From: Asterias rubens
Lineage: Eukaryota
Direction of reading: 5' to 3'
DNA length: 64,000 nucleotides
Assembly (NCBI RefSeq): GCF_902459465.1
Contig: NC_047071.1
Location: forward strand, 7,626,001-7,690,000
A model generated the notes under the pieces. The model saw nothing but the letters and a program-made list of their open reading frames with translations. It did no database searches and was not told where the DNA came from. Shown in pieces: positions 50,081 through 61,043 of the stretch (position 1 is its first letter; each line of letters starts with the position of its first letter). The position numbers and the translations under genes were made by a program.

Positions 50081-50459
50081 TTAAAGGCAGTGGACACTAT
50101 TGGTAATTGTCAAAGACTAGCCTTCACAGTTGGTGTGTCTCAACATATGCATAAAATAATAAACCCGTGGAAATCTGAGCTCAATCGGTCATCGAAGTTG
50201 CGAGATAATAATGAAAGAAAAAATAACCCTTGCCACACGAAGTTGTGTGCGTTTACATGGTTGATTTCGAGACCTCAAGTTCTAAATCTGAGGTCTCGAA
50301 ATCAAATTCGTGGAAAATTACTTCTTTCTCGAAAACTACAGAGGGAGCCGTTTCTCACAATGTTTTATACCATCAACCTCTCCCCATTACTCGCCACCAA
50401 GAAAGGTTTTATGCCAATAATTATTTTGAGTAATTACCAAAAGTGTCCACTGCCTTTAA
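50081..50459 (+). mobile_element. Family A MITE, intact, in NR2E3 intron 6
   Basis: Both TIRs and TTAA. Ends 60 nt before the acceptor at 50519. Confidence 0.95.
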
Positions 50460-50519
50460 CACCTATTGTCTTTAACGAATGAACAGTAATTGCATTTATA
50501 TTGACCCTTTACTATCTAG

Positions 50520-50625
50520 ACACAAGGGGCCTGAAGGATCCAATTCAAGTAGAGAGTTTGCAGGATCAAGCCCAGGTCATGTTGGGTCAGCACGTTAGAA
50601 GTCAACAGCCAACCCATCCAAGCAG
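50520..50625 (+). CDS. NR2E3: NR2E3/PNR exon 7 (DTRGLKDPIQVESLQDQAQVMLGQHVRSQQPTHPSR)
   Basis: Acceptor actatctAG phase 1, donor AG|GTATCA phase 2. Absent from the ORF track. Confidence 0.95.
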
Positions 50626-51016
50626 GTATCATTAGGTCAAATCGCTCACTTCTAATCAGCTGAGAAGATTTCAAGCAAAACTTCTTCTAACTGAACGAGT
50701 GTGATCGAGCAACTGTTGGTAACACTCAATCCTGGGCGAATAGCCACAATTAGTCAGACAATCATGTAGAAACCAATACATCTAAAGATTTTCATAACCA
50801 TTGTGGTTTACAAAATGTGTAAATAAATTTAACCGTACCATTTTCTTTGTGCTGCACGCATATTGTTCACTCGATTGCGCACTCTCTAAACTATAAAACA
50901 AGATTAATATTGTCCTTTCAGCCTCGGTTTGGTTTAATATTGATTTGATGAATGGGACAAGAGACGGCTGCTCCATGATAGTAGCCTATGAAGTTCACAG
51001 TGACTACAGCTCACAT

Positions 51017-51215
51017 CAGGGCCCATTTTCATTGAGCTTTAAAAAAGGTAGCTAAGCATAACAAATCTAGTGCTTACCAGACAAAGGCCTAAAGGTAACC
51101 AGCTAAACTACCATGTCAAGAGTACACTTTGAGACTGGTATCCTGCTCATTTCTGCTAGAGAAAAATTGTTAAGCAATAATGTCTGCTTAAGCTGCTCCA
51201 TGAAATTGGGCCCAG
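51017..51215. mobile_element. Harbinger-like MITE with CAG target-site duplication in NR2E3 intron 7
   Basis: CAG|GGCCCATTTTCAT ... ATGAAATTGGGCC|CAG. Confidence 0.75.
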
Positions 51216-51266
51216 AGCTAAAACTTAAATGCCAATGTTCATTATTCCCACCCATTTTCCCGCCAG

Positions 51267-51399
51267 ATTTGGTCGTCTGCTACTGCTCCTGCCCTCATTG
51301 CGGTCAATCTCATCTGAAAAGATTGAGCGCATTTTCTTCCGTTGTACCATCGGTAACACACCCATGGAGAGACTGTTGTGTGACATGTTCAAGAATTAA
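51267..51399 (+). CDS. NR2E3: NR2E3/PNR exon 8 ([43 protein letters not shown])
   Basis: Acceptor ttcccgccAG. Ends [17 protein letters not shown] like human NR2E3. TAA 51397-51399. Whole CDS 1257 nt = 418 aa. Confidence 0.97.
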
Positions 51400-52495
51400 A
51401 GAAGCGAGCAGCTGAATAAGGCAGTGATTTAACAATGACACTATGAGGCAAATAGGGTGCAGGAAACTGCCATCAAACTGCAAAGGAAACAATGAATAAC
51501 GATGATTATGTCAAAATGGCACATCCATCTTTTTAAACGAGTCAACTGTTTGAGGTTAATTCTAATTTGTTTAGCATTGATGATTTGTGACTTCAGTTTC
51601 ATAATGTAAGACTTGCAATCCATTCACATGACATCACAATTCTCGTATATGTCTTTATTTATTGCCAAGAGATCACTTTGTAACAGACCGCAAACTTCGC
51701 ATTTCCAACACTGTTTTTCCATTGGTGAGAGTAACTTCTTGTAAGACTTATGATACACAACTTATATGCGTGTTTGGGAGAAAATCACAGATGATCATCC
51801 AATATCTAAGTTGTTATAATCATGTTTTAAGTAATGGGAACGCCAAACGACAAATTGACAGTAAAAATTTCCTTCTTTTTAAATGATTAAACTTGAAGGT
51901 AACCACACCATTTTCGAGGTTGGCTCAAATTTATGTAAACTACTCACCAAATAGATGAGCTATAACTAATGCTTAGCACAAACATTGCCATGTAACGGAA
52001 TGACCATGCAATATCTTAAAATCAACTCTTTAAAATTTAGAAGGAAAAAATCCAACTAAGTAGATTAATATTATCTGTTCACTTAGTTTCTGTGATCACA
52101 GTAAACACAATAAGCATTATATCTTATTGTATTATAAATCTTGAAACCAGTAGCCTATTATGATTGATAACAACAGTTATTTCCTTGAAATAACTAGTAA
52201 TGTGATTTTTTGGCGAAAAGGAATATTTAAGTATTCAACTAAGATTTTGCCAGTGTTTTGTACATAATTAGATTATAGTTCATATTATTGGGAAAAGGGT
52301 CGAGTTATCTTGTAGATAGAAAGATCTTATTACTTTTTGAAAAAAATACGTAATACTTATGTGCAATATTTATCTTGATTTTGTCTTTAAAGCAAGTGGT
52401 TCCAAAACACGTTTTTATTTTACGAGCCATTGCAATCTGCATGATAAATGCACACAGTATAACTGAGTAGGCGTATGGAGTTAAAGTATTTTGTC

Positions 52496-52598
52496 AATAA
52501 ATTAATTATTTATTTTAAGTGTTTTAGTATCGCACATGCCTGCTATTATAATGTAAATATTAATTACTGTAAAATAAAATAAAATGAAGTAAAATAAA
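52496..52598 (+). terminator. Candidate NR2E3 polyadenylation signals
   Basis: AATAAA at 52496, 52573, 52578 and 52593, implying a 3' UTR of about 1.1-1.2 kb. Confidence 0.5.
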
Positions 52599-54984
52599 GA
52601 ATGAAGAGTTACACACTTATTGAAAACAATTAAAGACTGTCAGTGATTTTTTTAATTAGATTGATTTGCTTCATCAGCATTAGGTCATGCCACTTCTCGG
52701 GTCAGGTGTTATCTTTGAAGGAATGTTTTCAATTAAGGTATACGTTTGGTAATTTAACCCACTCTTAAAACTAATGGCAAATAAAACTCACTTGGATTAA
52801 AGTACAGCAGCTTTCGATAGTATTAAGAGTTTTTTAGAAACATTTCACTTTACAGTAGCCGAATGTGGATATGGGCAAATATATTAGTATTTATCTACCA
52901 CAATGTTAGCATGAGAAGCGTTACTGGCAGTAACGTCTCTCAGATTGTGTATTCCAATTATATACTATTCTGGACATAATGGGTCTGCATTTTCGGCGAT
53001 ATCTTAACAACGCTACAACCTTTGAAATGAAATGTTCGCAGGTTTTATTGTCTTTATATCTATATTCATTAAGGATTTGAACAATCCAACTTTTCCAAAG
53101 CCATACTTTCCCTAAAACAAAGCTGTCCAAATATGTTCCCTTTCTCTCAGTCCGGTCATGTTAAATTAGATTAGATAGTGCCTAGGAGTATAATAAATAA
53201 TGTCATCTTAGTATAACGACTGGTACTAAGACGTCACTAGTGCAAAACACTAACGTTTAAACAAAGAATGACTGTGTGAGATGTTTTTTTTTTTTTTTTT
53301 TTTTTGCTAACACCTCATCTGTCTAAGATTCAAGAACACAGGTTGTCTCTTCGAACAAAAATGACTATGTTTTCTCTTTATGCCTCGTTGGGTTTGGTTA
53401 TGGTTTGTGTTAAATGTGACTTGTTTTGTTCCAATAAGTGATATGGCAGTATTCACCCCAGCATTGCCGACCAGAATATATAAAGAAGGAAAACAGAACT
53501 TCAGATTTTTCTTCCACTCTTCCATTTTCTAGGGTCAGTAACTGCAGCATTTTTCATCATCTTTTACATCATTGCTCGAAGGCAAAGACCAATGATTTCT
53601 ATCCTAATCTTTGCCGTGGTTTAATCTTCAAGATACTTTAATCTTCAAGACGTGTGCTTATAATAAGCCTAGTCCTTCATGCGTATGCAAAATGAAATGA
53701 AATCCACTTATAGGGTGTTAAAGCTCAGACCTTTCGCCGTGATGAAGTCACTGCAGGCCCTGTCGGCACGGCTAAATCACGGTGCACGGACAGGACCTCG
53801 GAGCTAGCTTCGTACAGAACGTCTTGCTTGGGGTAATAGCGGTGGTAGAGTCAGTCCGATGGTTTACGGGTTAAACCTGTGACGAAATTGCTCACAGCTT
53901 GAGGTCTCTGGCACCATATAGCAATTTTGGAAATCACGGCGTTTGAGAAAGTATCGACTATGGCTTGAGGTCCAGGATTATTGCTGGTTTGATTATGCGT
54001 TAAAATGAAGCAATGATTCTGTCCTTATCTTGGGTCAACTGTCGCAACTGTTTGGATTTTTAAATAAGATACTTTGTTTATTCAGCGGAGGTAAGGGTAA
54101 GGGTGGGACCGGGCAACAATGGAACCGTAAACCAACAAAACAAACGTCCAAGGGGGATCTTCTTCCATTATGTTTGTTTCATAGCTTTAAATATGCTGTT
54201 TATGTAGAGAGTGGAAAGTGAAAGTGGTGGAATGGGAATCAAATCAGGGTCCAACTTAAATTTAAAAAAATACTACCGTCTAAATTAATAAATAGAGATG
54301 CACACACAAAGTAGTTTTTTCTGTTTCTAAAAAATATTAATATAAATGGCCATATATTTATTACCAATATTTTCACATTGTTTGTCTGAAATCTTATTTT
54401 CCTCTTTTTCTTATCTGAAATCCAAGAAAATGTCTTAATGTTATTATATTTATTTTGACACAATCAATGACGTGACATTGAATCTCATTAATTGGGTCAC
54501 CGTTGTAAATAATAATTGGATGATCACATTGGTATATATATAAAAACAAATCGTTCAGCTTAATAAACGTTATTTCCACCAACCTAAGGGGCCCAGGATG
54601 CAATGATGAGGCTCGATTAAGGGTTCTAAACAAATATATTATATTCTACTTTTTTCCCCTTGCAATTTGAAATAATCTGACACGACACAATGTGTTGTAA
54701 GTGAAATTTAAGTATTGCCCAATTCCAAAAGGGCAACATTCTACATCCCAGAGTTCGAAGGCTTTCAAAGCCTCAAGTTGTTCTGATTCAACTATGCCTC
54801 CAAATGGACTTCGATTGCACAACAGAGCATCTAGAATGCAAAATTTGTCGGGCCCTTAAGCTGGCCCGGACCCCACGCCGTAAGGGTTTCGCGCTACGCA
54901 CTCGCATGCTCCATCTTTAATCTTTGTTCCATTGTGCCCATCCCCCCCCCCCCTAGAAAAACGTGTGCCCCCCCCCCCCCCACC

Positions 54985-55018
<34 letters not shown>

Positions 55019-55719
55019 AACTACGCCGCTGGCAAGGTGAAGGTTCGCAAAAAAACACAAAAAAGGTTCGATTTATCTAATTCAGAATTCAATCAAAGGT
55101 AACGGTTTTCTTTGTTTTGTTATGTCTACATTCCATTTCACTCTGGGTTTCTTGTTTTCATTGTCAGCGTTCTTCCTTCTTCCATGCCGTGTATTTTCAC
55201 AAAATCTAATCAAATCAGGAACAGTTAAAGTAGAAAAGGGGCTTCTTAGATGGGTAGGCTATTTTTTTCGTTCACTTGCAAACAACGACTTTTTCGCGTC
55301 ACAACTTTAACTAAGGAGTTTAGGTCTATGAGCTGTTCAATCAATCAATCAGTCAGTCAATCAACCAATCAATTTTTTTTTTTTAGAAGGCGCCAAAATC
55401 AAAAGTTTGCTCTAAGGCGCTGATGTATGGGCACAAACAAGAGAAACGTTATTGATGATACACCTCCTGACACAGGTGAGCTTTCACTATAAAGATGGCT
55501 TAAACTCAGTTCACATTGTATTGTCGTTCATTCTTTGAATTGTTATCCTTGTACAATAACTATATTTGATTCAGTCAAATTATTGATCAAGGTCTGGATG
55601 AAATTGACTGACCGAAACAACTATTTGAATCATACCAAATAAATGTTGCTTTGAGGGAAAGTTTATTTTCAAACTAAATGGAATGGGCCGGAGGTGAAAT
55701 AAAATTGGCCAGGAATATT

Positions 55720-55921
55720 GAGATAAAATTGACTCCCATAAATGGCCGACCGTGATAGTTCGCGACGTAAAAAGGAAAACCGTGCAATTTTGAGTGATAC
55801 TTGTGTGGATCATTAAATTCTACTTTACAACATCTTTCTAAGCATACGAATTTCATAACAAACTGTTTCAAACGCTTTTTATAGACCAACTCGTCCGATC
55901 CAAGGAAACGTGTTCCTTTAA
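55720..55921. mobile_element. Half copy of family B foldback MITE
   Basis: Spacer GACTCCCATAAATGGCCGACCGT plus right arm ending GGAAACGTGTTCCT-TTAA. Confidence 0.85.
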
Positions 55922-56667
55922 AAGAAAAAATTATACACTTTGGGTTTTAATTATACACGTTTGATTGGTTTATTTTATTATATAAAAGTCAAAAATTATA
56001 TACAATAAATCTAAGCTGTGAAAATTTCATTTCAAATGGAAGAAGCGTTTTTGAGATATCGCCGAAAATCTTGGACAAAGAATATTCCGTAATTGTAATA
56101 CACAACATCCAGAAGCGTTTCTACAGAAGCGTTTCTACAGAAGCGTTTCTACAGAAGCGTTTCTACAGAAGCGTTTCTACAGAAGCGTTTCTACAGAAGC
56201 GCTTCTACAGAAGCGTTTCTACAGAAGCGTTTCTACAGAAGCGTTTCTACAGAAGCGTTTCTACAGAAGCGTTTCTACAGAAGCGTTTCTACAGAAGCGT
56301 TTCTACAGAAGCGTTTCTACAGAAACGTTTCTACAGAAGCGTTTCTACAGAAGCGTTTCTACAGAAGCGTTTCTACAGAAGCGTTTCTACAGAAGCGTTT
56401 CTACAGAAGCGTTTCTACAGAAGCGTTTCTACAGAAGCGTTTCTACAGAAGCGTTTCTACAGAAACGTTTCTACAGAAGCGTTTCCACAGAAGCGTTTCT
56501 ACAGAATCTCAGATTGAAATGCTTTTGAATCCTTCTCTCTAAAACCACAATCCTTTGAAGGGAATTTTTTCTCAAAGTGTTACCAACAGCTGCATTGCTT
56601 TTTACCAAGTATTAATTTGTATTGTTAGTTTCTGGTGTAATTACAAAAGGTACACCCTCCCTTTTAA
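55922..56667 (+). mobile_element. Diverged TTAA-type MITE (family C-like ends) hosting a minisatellite
   Basis: CTGTGAAAATTTCATTTCAAATGG (56016) and CAACAGCTGCATTGCTTTTTACCAAGT ... GTACACCCTCCCTT-TTAA parallel the A/C layout. Confidence 0.6.
56110..56506. repeat. 14-bp minisatellite (CAGAAGCGTTTCTA) x about 28
   Basis: Nearly perfect contiguous units with about 4 variant units. Confidence 0.98.
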
Positions 56668-56860
56668 CAACTTTACTGGCTTACATTCTGTCAAAGAACT
56701 ATGTTCAAAGTTATATGGAAGCTATGAATGACAAGGCACCAACTTATCTCTAGGATTTTCTCTCATCCTTTGGCGTTTGGGCTTTTTAGTATCCGCTCTC
56801 AAACTCTGGAACTCTTTACTATTAACATCTCAGCAACAGAACATTTTCAAAAGCATGCAT

Positions 56861-57119
56861 AAAGGGAAGGTACACGTTTGGTAATTTACTCAAAACGAGT
56901 ATTAACTTAAAAACTGATTGGTAACGAACATTGTTGGAAGCGACTCCCTCTGAAGTAACGTAGTTTTTGAGAATAAAAGACTAGGTAGAAGTCTTTTGTT
57001 CTCAATTCGATGACCAATTGAGCCCAAATTTTCACATGTTTGTTATTTTATGCTTAGGATGGGATACACCAAGTGAGAACACTGGTCTTTGACAATTACC
57101 AAACGTGTACCTTCCCTTT
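56861..57119 (-). mobile_element. Family C MITE, internally deleted
   Basis: AAAGGGAAGGTACACGTTTGGTAAT ... ATTACCAAACGTGTACCTTCCCTTT. Confidence 0.85.
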
Positions 57120-57158
57120 CACACATGCTTGTTGGGCATTGCTTTTAAAATTTGACTC

Positions 57159-57542
57159 TTAAAGGCAGTGGACACTATTGGTAATTACTCAAAATAATTA
57201 TTAACATAACACCTTTCTTGATTACGAGCAATTAAATGGGGAGAGGTTGATAGAATAACACATTGTCAGAAACAGCTACATACATAGTGACGTAGTTTTT
57301 GAGAAAGAAGTAATTTTCCACAAATTTTATTTTGAGACCTCAGATTTAGAAATTGAGGTCTCAAAATCATGCATCTGAAAGTACAGAACTTCGTGTGACC
57401 ATGGGGTGACAAGTTTTTTTTTCTTCTTTCATTAATATCTCGCATTTTCGACGACCGATCGAGCTCAAATTTTCACAGGTTTGTCACTTAATGCATTTGT
57501 TGAGATACACCAAGTGAGAAGAATAGTGTCCAGGGTCTTTAA
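57159..57542 (-). mobile_element. Family A MITE, diverged
   Basis: TTAA-AGGCAGTGGACAC ... GTGTCCAGGGTCT-TTAA. Confidence 0.9.
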
Positions 57543-57570
57543 TGATGTGTCTATTCGTCCACATCTCTCT

Positions 57571-57860
57571 TTAAAGGTGCTAAAAACCTTTGGTAATTGT
57601 TAAAGACCAACATATGCATAAAATACCAAATCTGTGCAAAGCTTGGCTCAATTGGTCATGAAGTTGCAAGAAAATGTTGAAAGTATAAACAACATTGTCG
57701 TACAATTTTGTGTTCTACCAGATGGCTAATAAAAGGGTTCAGCCCTGAAGTCTTTCTCAAAAACTATGTTACTTCAGAGGGAGCAGTTTCTCAAAATATT
57801 TTATACTATCAACAGCTCTCCATAAGTTTTTATGCTAACAATTATTTTGAGTAATTATCA
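57571..57860 (+). mobile_element. Partial diverged family A/C MITE
   Basis: CCTTTGGTAATTGTTAAAGACC ... GCTAACAATTATTTTGAGTAATT. Confidence 0.7.
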
Positions 57861-58058
57861 TAATACAATATGGATAGATGGCGATTTACAAATTTGAAAC
57901 TTTCATAATTCTATTTTGATAAGGGAAGTGGTAGTAATCTACTACTACCATTTTAACATTATATTAAATGAAACATTACTTGGCATTGAACTTCTCAAAC
58001 ATTACCAGATTTTACTTTTTACACATTCACAAAGAGGGACAAATTTAAGTCCACCTCA

Positions 58059-58210
58059 TCAGGGAACAAGTGCATATCGTGTCAGACCTGTGCTGCGGAT
58101 TTCTCTGAGCCTTCCACAGTGTCTTAGGATTGTGAAGATTGAGCGAGATGTTGTCAAGAATCGACCGTTGCTACTTCCCTTAAAATCATCATCAGTGAAG
58201 AAAAACAGGC
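58059..58210 (-). CDS. SKA1: SKA1 terminal exon (GLFFFTDDDFKG...TILRHCGRLREIRSTGLTRYALVP*)
   Basis: Minus-strand acceptor ctttttacAG. ILRHCxRLxExRxxGLTRY matches the SKA1 microtubule-binding domain. TGA at 58059-58061. Confidence 0.93.
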
Positions 58211-58374
58211 CTGTAAAAAGGTAACAACAGAAAATGTCAATATTTAGACATGAAACAGTTCACAATAACCGTCTCAATGCGCTTTACATTAGTGCCCTGG
58301 TCACTGTGCAAATAGTATTCCGTTAATCTTTCTCAGCACCCTGAAAATATTGTACAATCTGGGCAACTGTAGCG

Positions 58375-58545
58375 CTCCAAAGGCTTTTCCATACACAATA
58401 TCAACCTCTACCCTCCAGGTACCCATTTATACCCCTGGGTGAAGAGAAGCAATTATAGTAAAGTATCTTGCTCAAGGATACAAGCGTCACAACCGGAATT
58501 CAAACCCACACTCTGATGAATAACCATCAGAACTTGATTTTGATG
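58375..58545 (-). mobile_element. tRNA-derived SINE with CORE-like body
   Basis: Minus strand GGGTTTGAATTCC B-box, then TCCTTGAGCAAGATACTTTAC ... CACCCAGGGGTATAAATGGGTACC. Confidence 0.6.
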
Positions 58546-58985
58546 CCACCCAAAATCATTCCTCTGTGGAAAATTCCATCATATCTTCCTAATATAAATA
58601 GTCATGACAAACAAGTAACTGTGATAATTTCAGAAAACAAGTTGTCATACTTTAACAAACACCAAAACAAGATATTTTGTGTCCTTTGTTAAAAGCGGAC
58701 TATGATATTATGTCAAATAAAAACATAAACTATCATGATATGTGCAAATTTTTGACACAAATATTTATCAGGAGTGGCTTCTAGTTTATAAAGTAAGTCT
58801 TGATGCATGACCTTATTTCAACTTCAGAGAGTAGTTCATGTATGATAGCCCCCTCTTGTGGGGAAAATTCTGACAAATAAAAAAGAGGTCTATTCACCAT
58901 GACTTAAAGTAGCTTGAACATAAAAGTAAGCACATCTCAATGATTAAAAACTATCTCACTCATCAGACATACATAGACTTCATAC

Positions 58986-59155
58986 CTTTAGTATCTTTGT
59001 TTTCTTGCTCTTTAAGTTGCCTCACTTTCTTCATGGCTGTTTTGCCGAGAGTCTTTTGTGGTTTTTGTAGGAGTGAGTAGCGTGTACTGACCGTTGTATT
59101 GATGAGGTCTACAGCAGCATTGATGGACTCATAGGTCAATCTACCCTTCATGTAC
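58986..59155 (-). CDS. SKA1: SKA1 exon (YMKGRLTYESINAAVDLINTTVSTRYSLLQKPQK...EQENKDTK)
   Basis: Phase 2 in, phase 1 out. Matches human YMKSRLTYNQINDVIKEIN...EETKDTKG. Confidence 0.95.
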
Positions 59156-59219
59156 CTGAAGATATAAACATGTAAGGGTTTGGTTGTACTTCAAGTCTTG
59201 AACAAATGTTACAAACACT

Positions 59220-59598
59220 TTAAAGGGACACGTTGCTTTGGATCAAGCAAGTTGGTCTATGAAAAAGCATCTGTAAAAGTTTGTTATCAAATGCCTAGAA
59301 TATAATGATCCACACAAATATGCCTCGAAATTGCATTGTTTTCCTTATACAGTTATACCTCGTGAACTAACACGGCATGCCATTTTGTTGAGTCAAGTTT
59401 TTGACTTCATAAAATGGCTGACCGTGTTAGTTTGCAAGGTTAAAGGAAAACCACACAATTTCGAGGCATATTTGTGTGGATCTTTATATTCTACTTTTAA
59501 AACATCTTTCTAACCATTATAGATGCATTTCATAACAAATGGTTTCAAACACTGTTCATAGACCAATTCGCCTGATCCAAGGCAATGTGTCCCTTTAA
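59220..59598. mobile_element. Family B foldback MITE in a SKA1 intron
   Basis: TTAA-AGGGACACGTTGCTTTGGATC ... GATCCAAGGCAATGTGTCCCT-TTAA. Confidence 0.9.
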
Positions 59599-59992
59599 TG
59601 ATAACAAATTAGCTACACATATTTTTACTTGTAGTTAATTTGTTGATTTGTTCTTACAAATTACTAATTCATTATCATAAAATTTCAGGTTTGTAAACAC
59701 AAATTCAAAATCTTTTGTTATGATTATTGCACTCATTCATCATAACAGATTACTAAATCATTTTTCAGTTTTCCAAATTTTGTATTAAAACTCAATTTAG
59801 CTTTGCCTTTTTGATGGTTACCGACCCACCCCATTAACAAATATATAACATCATTGCTGGTTGCGATGATTTAAGCCATGGAATATGCGGATTAATTATG
59901 TTTTTGAATTAAAAGTGTGGTAAATCAATACACAAACTTGGGCTTGATTGAAAGTTTTGGGGTGCTATTCCAAGCATAATGCTGCCATTGCT

Positions 59993-60189
59993 GCACTCAA
60001 TTTCATAGAGCTGCTTGGAAAGCACTAAAAGTAGCTAAGCACAACAAAATTATGCTACCCAGAACTAGGTTACCAGCCAAACTACTATGTCACATGTACA
60101 TTTTTCGACTGGTATCCTGCTCATTTCTGCTTAGCAGACAATTGTTGACCATTATTTGCTGCTGATGCAGCTCTATGAAGTTTAGTTCC
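59993..60189. mobile_element. Second, more decayed copy of the Harbinger-like MITE at 51020
   Basis: Shared interior GACTGGTATCCTGCTCATTTCTGCT, ends CAATTTCATAGAGCTGC and GCAGCTCTATGAAGTT. Confidence 0.75.
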
Positions 60190-60206
60190 ATTTTATTGTG
60201 GCTTAC

Positions 60207-60377
60207 TTGGGAACAGCATCAAATTCATCCACTGTCATAAACTCCATCGAGGGCAGACATATCTTCTTATTCTTGCCGCCCTGATGTCCCTTGTCATCTT
60301 TCTTGGTGCCCATCTGATGCCCTGAGCTACCTGAACCTGGTCTCTGGTTATCTTCTACTGATTTCAAAGGTGGGCGG
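60207..60377 (-). CDS. SKA1: SKA1 exon: linker and start of C-terminal domain (RPPLKSVEDNQRPGSG...MEFMTVDEFDAVPK)
   Basis: Acceptor ttattctcacAG, donor AA|GTAAGC, phase 2-2. FMTVDEFDAVP corresponds to the SKA1 F-I-T-x-x-E-F-x-x-VP motif. Confidence 0.92.
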
Positions 60378-60819
60378 CTGTGAGAATAACAAACACACAA
60401 TGAATGTGCATGGCTTTTTAACCATGGGGAAAAAATGGAACTGTGTAACTTGTAAGAAGGCTTTCAATGTACATGTATATGAAACTCTAAAGAATGTATT
60501 GTTTTAATTTATCTGGAAGGGATTTTTTTTCCGGTTCTACCTTCAAATGGTTTAATATCACTTCCACACTATTACAACAACAAACTAAATCAGAAATAAT
60601 ATTCTCTTCTGACTATTTTCAGGACTTTGTATTTTAAGATTAGCTACTGTTATTACTAAAATGAAACATGGAAAGTTACAAAATCCAACAGAAAATATGG
60701 TTTCTGCCTTTTGAGTAACCCTGGAATTTGATTTAATTTCATTTATTCTGGTTCTGAAGCCAAGGACTTTCTGAAACGCATAATTTTTCACTGTACTAGC
60801 CAGAACTAAACGGAGAGAA

Positions 60820-61005
60820 GACAAGAAAAGGGAGTTTCGGTTTTAGATGTGGAAGGAAAACCCTAGAGAAATATTCCAGGGAAAACCCACGCAGTCAAGT
60901 CAGAACTGAAAATCCAATCCACAAAATGACCCGGCGGGATTCGAACCGGGGTCCTAGAGGTGGAAGGCCAGGAAAGATACCCTTACGCCAAACTGACCAC
61001 CATTG
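60820..61005 (-). mobile_element. tRNA-derived SINE with V-domain-like body
   Basis: Minus strand GGTTCGAATCCCGCCG, then CTGCGTGGGTTTTCCCTGG...GGGTTTTCCTTCCACATCTAAAA, resembling V-SINE CTGCGTGGGTTTCCTCCGG...GGTTTCCTCCCAC. Confidence 0.55.
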
Positions 61006-61043
61006 ACCAAGACACAGAGTCTATGTATCAGTGAGAGGGAAGT

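Noticed and set aside
40051-51399. TLX/NR2E1 identity, or a start at the TTG of ORF 40051
   Set aside because: P-box [14 protein letters not shown] and the C-terminal LLCDMFKN indicate NR2E3. A clear acceptor at 40027 shows an upstream exon.
56110-56506. Heat-shock element array (alternating GAA/TTC)
   Set aside because: Spacing is 7 bp rather than the 5-bp nGAAn register HSF requires.
56071-56517. 148-aa ORF with repeating QKRFYRSVSTEAFL
   Set aside because: It is the stop-free translation of the 14-bp minisatellite. No splice or homology support.
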